A DNA stretch of 64,000 nt from Limnochordia bacterium (GTDB taxonomy: Bacteria > Bacillota > Limnochordia > DTU080), in contig JBMNJG010000011.1 of NCBI GenBank assembly GCA_050951545.1, positions 192,247 to 256,246 of the forward strand, written 5' to 3'. Under the pieces are notes generated by a model that saw only the letters and a list, made by a program, of their open reading frames with translations, searched no databases and had not been told where the DNA came from. Shown here one piece after another: positions 1-9,634 of the stretch. Numbering within the stretch: the stretch's first letter is position 1; every line of letters begins with the position of its first letter. Both the position numbers and the translations under genes were made by a program.

Positions 1-299
1 CCAGTTTTGTCTGTAGCATTCCAAACAAAGCCATTGAGTATATGTCGGCTGGATTGCCGGTAATTTCTAGTCTGAAAGGCACTCTAAAGGAGCTGCTGGC
101 AGAAAACCAGTGTGGCATCACCTACCCCAACGGGAATCCTGACGCATTGGCACATACGCTGCGGGAGCTGATGCAGCAACCGCGGCGTCGTGAAGCCTTA
201 GGCGAGAACGCCCTGCGCCTGTTTCACGAACGTTTTGACGCGCAGAAGGTCTACCTCGGTATGTGCGATGCACTCGAGGAACTGAAGGTCTCCGGCTGA
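1..299 (+). CDS. Glycosyltransferase family 1 (GT-B), C-terminal fragment; gene begins upstream of the window
   Basis: Open frame from position 3 with no stop before the first Met at 42. Motif KAIEYMSAGLPVISS followed by a C-terminal helix is typical of the GT4/GT1 C-terminal domain. Confidence 0.6.
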   Translation, partial: SFVCSIPNKAIEYMSAGLPVISSLKGTLKELLAENQCGITYPNGNPDALAHTLRELMQQPRRREALGENALRLFHERFDAQKVYLGMCDALEELKVSG

Positions 300-468
300 G
301 GGTCTGGCGCGACTGGCGCTAGCTGGCCATTTAGTCGCGGCAGGTATATGTGTACGTATGCTCGAATGATTTTTAGACGCGCGGCCTCGGTTGCCGAATA
401 GCTCTAAGAGGGATGGGTGTGTATTGAGCTTTAGAGTCCGCTTTGTGAACCCTGCTAGGCTGTATCGG

Positions 469-1530
469 ATGATCCAGACGGAGCTTGATCAGGCTTATCG
501 TGAGGTGATGGAGCGAGGCGACCTTATCGATCGCGGGCAGTTGAGGTCGTTTGAGGAGCATTTGGCCGACTTTGTCGGTACGAAGTATGCTGTTGGCCTC
601 AACAGTGGCTACGACGCGTTGTTCATGTCCCTGCGGGCAGCTGGCGTCGGGCATGGCGATGAGGTGGTAGTCCCTGCGCACACGTTCGTGGCTACAGCTT
701 CTGCAGTCGTTAACGCTGGGGCTACACCAGTCTTGGTGGATGTGGGGCCCGACTTCAACATTTATGTGGAGAAGATAGAGGAGGCCATCACCGACAGGAC
801 CAAGGCGATCATTCCGGTGCACCTCAATGGCTATATGGCAGACATGCCAGCAATCATGAAGATTGCAGAGCGCTATCAGCTTGTAGTGGTAGAGGATGCT
901 TGTCAGAGTCTTGGTGCGAGCATTGATGGGAAAAGGGCTGGTGCCTGGGGCCTTACTGGCTGCTGGAGCTTTTATCCCTTCAAGATCCTTGGAGGGTATG
1001 GCGATGGAGGGGCTATTACCACCGATGATCCTGAGGTGGCTCAGTTCGCTCGCCGTATGCGCTTCAACGGTGAAGATCGGGAGACAGGCGAGTATCATGG
1101 TCATGGCTACACATGTCTACTAGACAACATTCAGGCGGCCTTTCTTGATGTGAAACTGCGCTATCTGCCTGCTTGGATTGAGAGGCGCAAACACATTGCG
1201 CAGCAGTACTGCGAGGCATTTCGCGACGTTCCTGAGCTGAGTCTACCGCACTACGATCGGCCAGGGTTCGACCATGTCTATCAGAACTATGTGGTGCGAT
1301 CGCCGCAGGGGGATGCCTTTTCCGATCACCTCAGAGCCCAGGGCGTGGAGGTGCTCGTCCAGTTTCGAAAGCCGTATTATAGGCATGAGGCACTGAATCT
1401 GGTCGATCGCGGATTCCCCGAGACAGAGGTTCTCAGTCGCGAAGTTTGCTCGTTGCCAATGTGTGTGGAGTTGCTCGATGAGGAGATTGCACACGTCATC
1501 AAGGCAGTGCGCAGTTTCTATGACAAGTAG
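469..1530 (+). CDS. DegT/DnrJ/EryC1/StrS family PLP-dependent sugar aminotransferase
   Basis: ORF 391-1530; start chosen at ATG 469 (MIQTELDQAYREV). Family-typical stretches GDEVVVPAHTFVATA, IPVHLNGYMADM, FYPFKILGGYGDGGAITT. Confidence 0.85.
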   Translation: MIQTELDQAYREVMERGDLIDRGQLRSFEEHLADFVGTKYAVGLNSGYDALFMSLRAAGVGHGDEVVVPAHTFVATASAVVNAGATPVLVDVGPDFNIYVEKIEEAITDRTKAIIPVHLNGYMADMPAIMKIAERYQLVVVEDACQSLGASIDGKRAGAWGLTGCWSFYPFKILGGYGDGGAITTDDPEVAQFARRMRFNGEDRETGEYHGHGYTCLLDNIQAAFLDVKLRYLPAWIERRKHIAQQYCEAFRDVPELSLPHYDRPGFDHVYQNYVVRSPQGDAFSDHLRAQGVEVLVQFRKPYYRHEALNLVDRGFPETEVLSREVCSLPMCVELLDEEIAHVIKAVRSFYDK

Positions 1531-1540
1531 GAGCAAAGAC

Positions 1541-2740
1541 ATGGGGGTCAGACGTGTGAAGCCGCTGGCGATTGTCACAGAGAGTTTTACGGAATCGGTT
1601 ATCCGGGAGATGACACGTATATGTGATGCAGCGGGTGGTCACAATCTGGCTCAGGGTTTTCCTGATTTCCCCGCTCCGGCAGTGCTCAAGGAGGCAGCCA
1701 TCGCGGCTATTCGGGCAGAGTGGAACCAGTACCCGGTGACTTTCGGAGAACCCGAGTTGCGTCAGGCCATCAGTAAGAAAGCACTCAGCTACAATGGATT
1801 GGTTGTCAATCCGGATACCGAGATCACGGTGACCTGTGGGGCAACCGAGGCCATGATTGCCACTCTCAAGGCGATCATCAACCCAGGTGACGAGATCATT
1901 GTCTTTGAGCCTTTTTATGAGAACTACGGCCCCGATGGGATTCTCTCAGGGGCTACTCCGCGTTATGTGACCTTGCACGCCCCAGACTGGCACCTTTCTA
2001 TGGAGGAGCTGGCCGCGGCCTTTAACGACCGGACGAAGGCGATCGTTATCAACACACCCAATAACCCGACCGGCAAGGTCTTCACTCGCGAGGAGCTGAC
2101 CCAGATAGCCACTCTATGCATGAAGTGGGGTGCTCTGGCGGTAACTGATGAGATCTATGAGCACATCCTCTATGACGATGCGGAGCACATCTCTATCGCT
2201 AGTCTTCCGGGCATGGCAGAGCGCACCGTGACCATCAACTCCATCTCAAAGTCGTACTCTGTGACAGGTTGGCGAGTGGGATGGGCCATTGCTGCCCCTC
2301 ACATCACGGAACGCATCCGGAAAGTGCATGATTTTCTCACCGTCGGAGCACCGACTCCCTTTCAGCACGCGGCGGTAGTCGCCTTAGGCTTTCCGCAGGA
2401 GTATTACGCAGGGCTACAATCCCATTACGCGGCTGCACGGGATTTCCTTATCAGTGCCTTGGAAGACACCGGATTCGCGCCGTCACTGCCGCGCGGTGCC
2501 TACTACACGTTCGTTGGCGTAGAAGACTTGATGAAGGGACTGAAGGTTGCGGACGACATGACCTTCAGTCGGCGCTTGATTGAGTTGACGGGTGTGGCCA
2601 CGGTACCCGGTTCGTCCTTCTATTCTGATCCGCGCCAGGGCATGAAGCAGGTCCGATTCTGTTTCTGCAAGCAGTGGGAGACCCTGCGGGCTGTCAAGCA
2701 AGCGCTTCAGCGGTTGGCAGAGGTCCCTGTCGTCGGCTGA
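1541..2740 (+). CDS. Class I/II PLP aminotransferase (kynurenine/methionine aminotransferase KAT/MtnE/YbdL-like)
   Basis: ATG 1541 preceded by GGAG. NLAQGFPDFPAP motif, SISKSYSVTGWRVGW lysine region, about 400 aa. Confidence 0.85.
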   Translation: MGVRRVKPLAIVTESFTESVIREMTRICDAAGGHNLAQGFPDFPAPAVLKEAAIAAIRAEWNQYPVTFGEPELRQAISKKALSYNGLVVNPDTEITVTCGATEAMIATLKAIINPGDEIIVFEPFYENYGPDGILSGATPRYVTLHAPDWHLSMEELAAAFNDRTKAIVINTPNNPTGKVFTREELTQIATLCMKWGALAVTDEIYEHILYDDAEHISIASLPGMAERTVTINSISKSYSVTGWRVGWAIAAPHITERIRKVHDFLTVGAPTPFQHAAVVALGFPQEYYAGLQSHYAAARDFLISALEDTGFAPSLPRGAYYTFVGVEDLMKGLKVADDMTFSRRLIELTGVATVPGSSFYSDPRQGMKQVRFCFCKQWETLRAVKQALQRLAEVPVVG

Positions 2741-2763
2741 ATCGACATTATGAGGTGGATGAT

Positions 2764-3735
2764 GTGGTTGTGGGTCTTCTGCAATCTATGTATGTGTCCA
2801 TGCTTCGCATCCGGCTCTTCGAGGAACGGGTAGCCGATCTGATAGAGGCGAAGGAGATCCGTACGCCTGTTCACTTATGCATAGGGCAGGAGGGCGTGGC
2901 GGTGGGGGTGTGTGCCAGTCTGCGTCGCCACGACACCGTTTGGGGGAATCATCGCTCTCATGGCCACTATCTGGCCAAAGGTGGCGACATGTCTGCCTTG
3001 ATGGCCGAGATCTTCTGTCGCCTAGACGGGTGCGCGGGAGGGCGGGGAGGTTCGATGCATGTCGTGGCTACTGAGGTAGGCATCTTGGGCACTGTGCCGA
3101 TGGTGGGGGCCACTGTACCCATCGCCGTGGGAGCAGCCCTCAGCGCGAAGATGCAGGGGCACGAGCACGTTGCGGTGAGCTTCTTTGGCGATGGTGCCAC
3201 GGAAGAGGGCGTGATCCACGAAGCCCTCAATTTCGCTACCCTGAACAAACTGCCAGTCGTTTTCGTGTGTGAGAACAACGGTTACTCGAGCCACTTACCA
3301 TTGTCTGCCCGTCGGGCAGTCGGTGAGCTGCATCTGCATGCGCTTCCCTATGGTATTCCAGGTCTACGGGTGGATGGCAACGATGTACAGACTGTGTATG
3401 ACGCGGCTTCACAGGCGGTCGAGAGAGCGCGCAGAGGTGAGGGGCCGACGCTGTTAGAGTGCATGACGTACCGCTGGCGGGGCCATGTCGGTCCGCGATG
3501 GGACCTTGATGTGGGTATAAGGGACGAAGAAGAGCTGGCCTCGTGGATGGCTCACTGCCCCATAAGAAGTTTGGAGGCCAGTCTGAAAAACACGGGCGTG
3601 TTGACCCCCGATGCCCTGGAGGCGCTGAAGGCTGAGGTAGTTCGAGAGGTCGACACAGCCGTGGATTTCGCAAGGCGCAGTTCGTACCCATCCGCTGACA
3701 CCTTGTTAGAGCATGTTTTTGTGGGTCAGGAGTGA
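2764..3735 (+). CDS. Thiamine-diphosphate-dependent 2-oxoacid dehydrogenase E1 component, alpha subunit
   Basis: MLRIRLFEERVADLI and HLCIGQEGVAVGV, then GGRGGSMH and FFGDGATEEGVIHEALNFA (ThDP-binding). Start uncertain: GTG 2755/2764 or ATG 2788. Confidence 0.8.
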   Translation: MVVGLLQSMYVSMLRIRLFEERVADLIEAKEIRTPVHLCIGQEGVAVGVCASLRRHDTVWGNHRSHGHYLAKGGDMSALMAEIFCRLDGCAGGRGGSMHVVATEVGILGTVPMVGATVPIAVGAALSAKMQGHEHVAVSFFGDGATEEGVIHEALNFATLNKLPVVFVCENNGYSSHLPLSARRAVGELHLHALPYGIPGLRVDGNDVQTVYDAASQAVERARRGEGPTLLECMTYRWRGHVGPRWDLDVGIRDEEELASWMAHCPIRSLEASLKNTGVLTPDALEALKAEVVREVDTAVDFARRSSYPSADTLLEHVFVGQE

Positions 3736-3743
3736 GTGGGGCC

Positions 3744-4820
3744 ATGCGCCGTATCTCGTATGCCGAGGCAATTAATGAGGCTTTCCATCAAGTGATGCAA
3801 CACGATGAGCGCGTCTTCGTGTTGGGTCAAGGCGTTAATAACCCCTGGTACGTCGGTACCACGGCCAACGGCTTGTATGCGCGTTTTGGTAAGGACCGGG
3901 TCATCGACCCGCCGATCTCGGAGAATGGCCTGAATGGCGTGGTTATTGGGGCTGCACTGACGGGTATGCGTCCGATTGTCCTTCATCCGCGTCTAGACTT
4001 TCTGCTTACTGGTCTGGAGCAACTGGTCAATCAGGCTGCTAACTGGTCGTACGTCTTTGCGGGCCAGGTCCCATGCCCGCTGGTGGTGCGGGGGATTATC
4101 AACAGGGGAGGCGAACAAGGCGCTCAGCACTCGCAAGCGCTGCAAGCGCTTTTCATGCATGTGCCAGGCCTCAAGGTAGTGATGCCAGCCACTCCCTACG
4201 ATGCCAAAGGGCTCCTCATCGCCGCTGTGGAGGACGAGAACCCTGTGGTCTACATTGATGATCGGTGGCTTTACGGTCAGGTCGGCGAGGTGCCAGAGCA
4301 TCGGTACCGGGTTCCGATCGGTAAGGCGGCGCTGTTGCTACAGGGCTGCGATGTGACGATTGTGGCTGTCTCTTACATGGTGAAGTTGGCCTTAGAAGCG
4401 GCCCAGCTTCTAGCCGAGCAGGGCATTCAGGCCGAGGTGATTGACGTACGTTCGCTCAAACCGCTGGATGATGATCTCATATGCACCTCCGTGCACAAGA
4501 CCGGGCGGCTGGTGGTAGCTGAGGCCGCGTGGAGGACAGGGGGGGCTGCCGCGGAGATTGCGGCGCGCGTGGCGGAGTTGGCTTTTGACAGTCTGAAGGC
4601 TCCTGTTCAGCGAGTGACCCTTCCGGATGCTCCTGCGCCTTGCAGTCGATCTCTCGAAGAGGCGTACTATCCTACCTCGGGCGATATCGTGGCGGCGGTA
4701 CGACGCACTATGCCAGGGCGACGAGCGCACAACGGCGCCTCGCGGGGCCCGGCAAGCACATCAGATCCAGGCGCCGATACTCTACAGGGGGATCCCGATT
4801 GTGATCAAGCGCGCGTGTGA
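3744..4820 (+). CDS. 2-oxoacid dehydrogenase E1 component, beta subunit (transketolase-like)
   Basis: ISYAEAINEAFHQVMQHDERVFVLGQGV and GLNGVVIGAALTGMRPIV, with a C-terminal transketolase domain. About 30 aa of unusual C-terminal extension overlaps the next gene. Confidence 0.8.
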   Translation: MRRISYAEAINEAFHQVMQHDERVFVLGQGVNNPWYVGTTANGLYARFGKDRVIDPPISENGLNGVVIGAALTGMRPIVLHPRLDFLLTGLEQLVNQAANWSYVFAGQVPCPLVVRGIINRGGEQGAQHSQALQALFMHVPGLKVVMPATPYDAKGLLIAAVEDENPVVYIDDRWLYGQVGEVPEHRYRVPIGKAALLLQGCDVTIVAVSYMVKLALEAAQLLAEQGIQAEVIDVRSLKPLDDDLICTSVHKTGRLVVAEAAWRTGGAAAEIAARVAELAFDSLKAPVQRVTLPDAPAPCSRSLEEAYYPTSGDIVAAVRRTMPGRRAHNGASRGPASTSDPGADTLQGDPDCDQARV

Positions 4821-5430
4821 CATCGCTGTCGCATCGATAGGCCTTGTCCTCTTGTCTCCACTGCTTCTACTGCTGGCAGTAGCTATAAAGGTCAGCTCGC
4901 CGGGACCTGTGTTTTATAGGGGTGAGCGAATCGGTAGATACGGCCAGCCCTTTCGCATCTTCAAATTCCGCTCGATGGTGGTGGACGCGGAGAAACTTGG
5001 CGGCTCATCGAGCGGCGATGACGACCCGCGCATTACCCCCATCGGTCGCTTCATGCGCAAGTGTAAGCTTGATGAACTCCCTCAGCTGATCAATGTGTTG
5101 CTGGGGGATATGAGCATGGTGGGCCCTAGACCTGAAGTCGCGAGGTTTGTGGCGATGTATACGCCGGAGGAGCGCGTGATACTCACCATACGGCCGGGCA
5201 TCACCGATTGGGCGTCTCTGTGGAACTCTGATGAAGGAGCCATCCTGGCGGGTGCCGAAGACCCAGACCAAGCCTATCTGGAGCTGATCAGGCCGACCAA
5301 GATTCGTTTACAGCTCAAATACGTGGAAGAGCGGTCGTTGGGAACCGATATGCGGATTCTCGTCCTGACGGTGCTGCGGCTTCTGCAGAAGGACAGGATA
5401 CCAGAAGAGATTCGATCACTATGCCAATGA
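4801..5430 (+). CDS. Bacterial sugar transferase (undecaprenyl-phosphate sugar phosphotransferase, PglC/WbaP C-terminal-domain type)
   Basis: IKRACDIAVASIGLVLLSPLLLL, PVFYRGERIGRYGQPFRIFKFRSM, DELPQLINVLLGDMSMVGPRP. Start placed at GTG 4801 after AGGGGG; the ORF track frame opens at 4627. Confidence 0.75.
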   Translation: MIKRACDIAVASIGLVLLSPLLLLLAVAIKVSSPGPVFYRGERIGRYGQPFRIFKFRSMVVDAEKLGGSSSGDDDPRITPIGRFMRKCKLDELPQLINVLLGDMSMVGPRPEVARFVAMYTPEERVILTIRPGITDWASLWNSDEGAILAGAEDPDQAYLELIRPTKIRLQLKYVEERSLGTDMRILVLTVLRLLQKDRIPEEIRSLCQ

Positions 5431-6680
5431 CTATAGACGCGAAAAACGAGATCGATCATGGGGCAAAAGACATTGCGGCGGTAGGATGGGGCTTGTTTTG
5501 CATTCTGATGCCGCTCGGAAACACCACGCTCTCTATCCTCGTCTTCTGGTTGGCGCTGATGGCCACTGCGAGGAGCCCGGCCAGCAGACGAGCTCTGGTC
5601 AGGGCCGTGGGCACCAATCGCCTCATGCAGGCCACGTTGTTCTTTGTTTTCACCCTATTTGCCTCCGCCGTTTTCTCAGCCCATAGAACTCTGGCGCTTC
5701 TTGGGGCTTGTGGCTATGGCATGATAGCCCTGTCGCCGCTTTTGGTGGGGTTACTCTGGCACATGCCCTCAGCGGATTGGCTTCTGCGAAGGGGCACGCT
5801 TTGGCTCAGCCTAGGCGGGCTGATCTCCGGCGCAGTTGTCTTGTATCGGGTCTACGCTCTCCACATGTGGCGACCAGGTGGAGTCTTCACGGGGTCGAAC
5901 GGGTTTGCTAGCGTCATGATGCTCACCCTGCTGATTACCTGGTGGGGTCTAACGGCACATGGTCTGCGTCAGCCGCGTTGGTTGAGACTGTGTCGTCTGG
6001 TGTGTTGGCTAGTCATGCTGTGGAGTTTCATTGTGGCCGAGGGGCGAGGGGCCTGGGGCGGCTTTGCAGTGGGCTTTGCCCTTTACAACATGCGCTCTTT
6101 GCGCGGCGTGCTGGCAGTGGTGGCCACTGGCGCCGCTAGTGCGCTTGGTGTGCGAGGAAACCCGAGGCTGCTCAGGCGGGTTCTCAGCATTCTCAGCCCC
6201 AGTGAATATGCCGACCGTTTGTGGATTTGGCAAGGTGCCGTGGCTATGTGGCGCGACCATCCGTTGGTTGGCATCGGACCGGGCACTTTTGTCCATGAGT
6301 TCGAAAGCTACCGTCCACTGGTGGCGATTGAAGGAGGGTTCACTCAACCTGTCTCCTTTGCCCATAATCTTTTCTTGGGGTTGCTTACGGAGGTAGGGAT
6401 TCTGGGAACCGTCGCTTTCTTGCTTGTCTTGGGTGCGGCGATCTGCTCGATCTGGAAGTGGGCGCGCACCAGTGGTGCCGCTCCTGCCTCGCGAGCGTTG
6501 GTTTGGGCCGTGTGGTGGACGCTGGTGGGGTTGATTGTACGCGAGCAGGTCGACAACACCCTATTTGGGCTTGAGATTGGTGGCGCCTTCTGGGCCCTGC
6601 TAGCCTGGTTAGCGGTCCTCACCAGGGATGGCGAGGGAGAACCATCTTCTGAGATCGCTGAGATGAGGCACAGCGAGTGA
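5421..6680 (+). CDS. O-antigen ligase / Wzy-type polymerase family integral membrane protein
   Basis: About 10 predicted TM helices. Central AEGRGAWGGFAVGFALY region resembles the O-antigen ligase (Wzy_C) domain. Lies in a polysaccharide locus. Confidence 0.65.
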   Translation: MPMTIDAKNEIDHGAKDIAAVGWGLFCILMPLGNTTLSILVFWLALMATARSPASRRALVRAVGTNRLMQATLFFVFTLFASAVFSAHRTLALLGACGYGMIALSPLLVGLLWHMPSADWLLRRGTLWLSLGGLISGAVVLYRVYALHMWRPGGVFTGSNGFASVMMLTLLITWWGLTAHGLRQPRWLRLCRLVCWLVMLWSFIVAEGRGAWGGFAVGFALYNMRSLRGVLAVVATGAASALGVRGNPRLLRRVLSILSPSEYADRLWIWQGAVAMWRDHPLVGIGPGTFVHEFESYRPLVAIEGGFTQPVSFAHNLFLGLLTEVGILGTVAFLLVLGAAICSIWKWARTSGAAPASRALVWAVWWTLVGLIVREQVDNTLFGLEIGGAFWALLAWLAVLTRDGEGEPSSEIAEMRHSE

Positions 6681-7525
6681 TCGATCTGCACGCTCATCTG
6701 CTGCCTGGCGTGGATGACGGGCCCAGTACCTGGCAGGAGGCCCTGGAGATGCTCCGCATCGCCCAGGAGGATGGTGTAAAGACGCTAGTAGCGACCTCGC
6801 ATCAGGAGGGCCTGGACGGTTACCACAATACCGATGCTGAACTTACGAGGTCCACAGAAGAGCTGCAGCGGCGGGCACAAGAGAGTGGGATGGCAGTGAC
6901 GCTGCTGCCTGGCGGCGAGGTGCGGGCGAGCCCGGATCTGGTGGCGCGCCTGGAGCGTAAGGAAGCGCTCACCCTTGCTGATGGGGGCCGCTATCTGCTC
7001 TTGGAGTTCCCGGCCAGTGAGGTGCCACTCTATACCAATCAGCTGCTGTTTGAGCTGCAAGTGCACGGCATTACACCGATCATCGCCCATCCCGAACGGA
7101 ATGCGGGCTTTGCGGAGCGGCCAGAGGCATTGGTTTCCCTGGTAGAGGCTGGTGCTTTGGTGCAGCTCACGGCAGCCAGTTTGTCGAGCCGTGTCTCTGT
7201 GGAGACCCGTACTCTAGCCGTGCTTTTCCTTACGCACAACTTGGCACATGTCTTGGCTTCGGATGCGCATTCGGCAACGCGGCGTCCCCCCGTCCTCGCT
7301 CGCTATGTCTCGCGCGTGGCGGCGATAGTTGGGGAAGAGCGAGCGCTCTCACTTGTAAAGGGCACTCCAGAGCGGATCGTGCGCGGCGAACCGGTAGTGG
7401 CGCCGCCAACAGTGCCCATCTCAGGAAAAAGCCGTGGGCAGGCCCTCAAGCTTGCCAGGGCCCTAAGTAGGAAGAAGATGGAAGCATCTAGACGTCTGCG
7501 GTGGTTCAGGTTCGGGAGGAGATAG
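6677..7525 (+). CDS. CpsB/YwqE-type PHP-domain tyrosine-protein phosphatase (capsular polysaccharide biosynthesis)
   Basis: MIDLHAHLLPGVDDGP ... ATSH, IAHPERN and LASDAHS metal-binding motifs. Basic C-terminal tail. GTG start overlaps the upstream stop. Confidence 0.75.
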   Translation: MIDLHAHLLPGVDDGPSTWQEALEMLRIAQEDGVKTLVATSHQEGLDGYHNTDAELTRSTEELQRRAQESGMAVTLLPGGEVRASPDLVARLERKEALTLADGGRYLLLEFPASEVPLYTNQLLFELQVHGITPIIAHPERNAGFAERPEALVSLVEAGALVQLTAASLSSRVSVETRTLAVLFLTHNLAHVLASDAHSATRRPPVLARYVSRVAAIVGEERALSLVKGTPERIVRGEPVVAPPTVPISGKSRGQALKLARALSRKKMEASRRLRWFRFGRR

Positions 7526-7596
7526 GCTTCGCGTGTCAAAGGGACCAATCGGAGTTCGCTTCGGGGGGCGGGGGCGCGTCACAGGAGCGATAAGTC

Positions 7597-7809
7597 TTGG
7601 GTACGTTGTCTGTCATTTTGGTCGCCTTGTTTGCTGCTTCCCTTGGTTTGTTTGCATATGTAGGCTGGTCGGTGGATCGTAGGCGCAAGGCGATGCGTCA
7701 TATTTTCATCGAAGAGAGGCGGTATCTACGACGTGTCATGATGGTTGCGACAGTGGTCCTGGTTGCTGCCGTTGCTGCTTTGGGGTCGGCTCTCTTGGCG
7801 AGGGCGTAG
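7597..7809 (+). CDS. Hypothetical small two-TM membrane protein
   Basis: TTG start 9 nt after AGGAG; two hydrophobic helices. Overlaps the 3' end of the convergent 631-aa gene by about 70 nt, so it may be spurious. Confidence 0.25.
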   Translation: MGTLSVILVALFAASLGLFAYVGWSVDRRRKAMRHIFIEERRYLRRVMMVATVVLVAAVAALGSALLARA

Positions 7810-9631
7810 GCGACAGACCCATTCCGTACTGGCTAGCCCGTGAGGAGTCGGTAACATAGACTGGTCTCTCAGGAGGTGGCAGACCAGCTTTCTCCAAGAG
7901 GCTGATCACACGTTCGAGCGCGTCATCTCGCACCAACAGGGCTGTTGGCCCCACTCGGCCGATGGCCATGTTCCCCAGTAGGCCCTCGGCCAAGATGCGG
8001 TCTGCCAGGGCAGCGCTTTCGCACTGAACCACAGCTATGCGCATCACTGTGCATCTGCCGTGACCGCTGCTCCAATCGCCGATGCTAAAGGCCACGTTCT
8101 GGGGAAGCTCGCTTCCCACCGCAGTGGCCGTTTCGTCACCTGTGCTCAAAAAGGCCAAAATCTGATCACCTGTCCACCCTGCGCGCAATCCCCTGAGAAC
8201 AGATTGTCGGGTGATGGTGTAGATACAGGCGTGGTCGGCTCTGGTCAATTCAGCAATCTGAGATAGAAACCAGTGCTTGCGGGGAGCGGCAAGCGGCTGC
8301 ACGAGCACCTCGAAGTTGGATTGTACCACAAACGGCGGTGTCTTGTCGGGAAGAAGCGGAAGCGTGGCTGCCTGCCCCTGCAGCAGCTGCCTTCCCGCTG
8401 GTGTTAGGCGGGCGAGGCAGACGTGGCCAGCCCTGGGGTCTCCAAGACTCAGTAGTGCGACCGCCGGAGTGTCGTCAGCATTGCCCTCTTCAGATCCTAT
8501 GTCCATTAGGCCCATATACACAAGGGGGGCTAGAGCGCTTCCCATTTCCTCCAGGCCTTGAGCGTAATGTGAGAAGAACAGCCTTGCTTCCCGCGCAGTG
8601 CCTCGTTGCCACGCCGAAAGCTGCCGCATGACGTTCGATAGGTTGACCCAGCTGTTCGACGGAGCCCACAGCAGCGCGGCCATGACCAGCATGATTCCCG
8701 GCTTGCACTGAGCGACTAGGTTAAGCCAGAGTTGAAGACCATTGGCCATTTGCTGCACTGGATCAAGATCCAGCCACTGTTGGGTCTGGGGGCCAGGACG
8801 CAGACTCCCCTTGTCGACTTGAATGAGCCGCGAGTGGTACGACCAAGTCAACAGCCATTGAATGTGTAGGGGCGTCGTGTCATCGGGTGTCTGACGAGCC
8901 TGGAGATGTGCACGCAGAGGGTCCTGAATGAGGAGACGCTGGTTGAGCCTTGCCTGATCACGCTTGTAGAGGACAGCTTTCTGAGTCAGACGCAGCCCGG
9001 GCACTTCACACGTATGCATCAACTGCATGACATCGTATAGCACCGAAAGGCCGTCCGAACGGATCGCCGCAGGCTCAGCGTTGACGATGATCGTTTCGGC
9101 CAGGTGTGGCGCATAGTGTCGAAACAGTGAAGCGGCTACCTCAAAGCAGATAGCCCACCCGTCTTGGGACCATGTTCGTTCATAGAAGGCGAGTTGATAG
9201 ATCGTCGCGGGCCCCGTATCAACATCGGTAGCAAAGGTTGGTCGCTGTTCTTTGAGCCTTCTGGTCCAGGGAATCCAGGAAACGAGACCAAGATTACGCA
9301 GATCTAAGAGAAGAGAGTACAGCCTGTCACGCTTGACTTTTGCCCCATGCTGCTGTTGGTGGAGAATCGAGGCAACGTGGAGGAGCCCCTCCGACTGCGG
9401 CGCGATAGCGGAAGCCCAGATGGTCAGTGCCAGCAGTAATGAGTGGGCCTCCGAAGGCATGGAATCGCCTGTGCGGTCCCACTGAACGCCCGCGCGTAGA
9501 TAGGAGGTTAGCAACTCGACGAGTGGTTCGCTTGGGTTTTTCGGTGGCTCAGCCAATAGGCGGAGATTGGTCGCCAGCACAAGCAACTCGTGCGCCTCAA
9601 GATGTTGCAGAGCCTGGTCGATGCGTAGCAA
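7736..9631 (-). CDS. XPB-associated large conserved protein (helicase-associated partner)
   Basis: 631-aa ORF starting 3 nt after the XPB stop on the same strand (translational coupling). Pro/Gln-rich low-complexity C-terminal tail. No catalytic motif recognised by eye. Confidence 0.55.
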   Translation of the reverse strand: MLRIDQALQHLEAHELLVLATNLRLLAEPPKNPSEPLVELLTSYLRAGVQWDRTGDSMPSEAHSLLLALTIWASAIAPQSEGLLHVASILHQQQHGAKVKRDRLYSLLLDLRNLGLVSWIPWTRRLKEQRPTFATDVDTGPATIYQLAFYERTWSQDGWAICFEVAASLFRHYAPHLAETIIVNAEPAAIRSDGLSVLYDVMQLMHTCEVPGLRLTQKAVLYKRDQARLNQRLLIQDPLRAHLQARQTPDDTTPLHIQWLLTWSYHSRLIQVDKGSLRPGPQTQQWLDLDPVQQMANGLQLWLNLVAQCKPGIMLVMAALLWAPSNSWVNLSNVMRQLSAWQRGTAREARLFFSHYAQGLEEMGSALAPLVYMGLMDIGSEEGNADDTPAVALLSLGDPRAGHVCLARLTPAGRQLLQGQAATLPLLPDKTPPFVVQSNFEVLVQPLAAPRKHWFLSQIAELTRADHACIYTITRQSVLRGLRAGWTGDQILAFLSTGDETATAVGSELPQNVAFSIGDWSSGHGRCTVMRIAVVQCESAALADRILAEGLLGNMAIGRVGPTALLVRDDALERVISLLEKAGLPPPERPVYVTDSSRASQYGMGLSPTPSPREPTPKQQRQQPGPLSQPS

Positions 9632-9634
9632 CCG

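Noticed and set aside
373-1104. 243-aa minus-strand ORF antisense to the DegT aminotransferase gene
   Set aside because: It lies entirely inside a well-supported plus-strand gene. Arg/Pro-rich composition is typical of wrong-frame ORFs in GC-rich DNA.
4627-4820. Possible programmed frameshift or fusion between E1-beta and the sugar phosphotransferase
   Set aside because: A good GTG start with RBS at 4801 and N-terminal homology explains the transferase without invoking frameshifting.
8060-8708. Several 68-97-aa ORFs antisense or out-of-frame inside the 631-aa XPB-partner gene; similar ones lie inside the 766-aa gene (19357-20170) and the giant surface gene (43574-43978)
   Set aside because: High-GC frame artefacts, fully contained in longer, better-supported genes.
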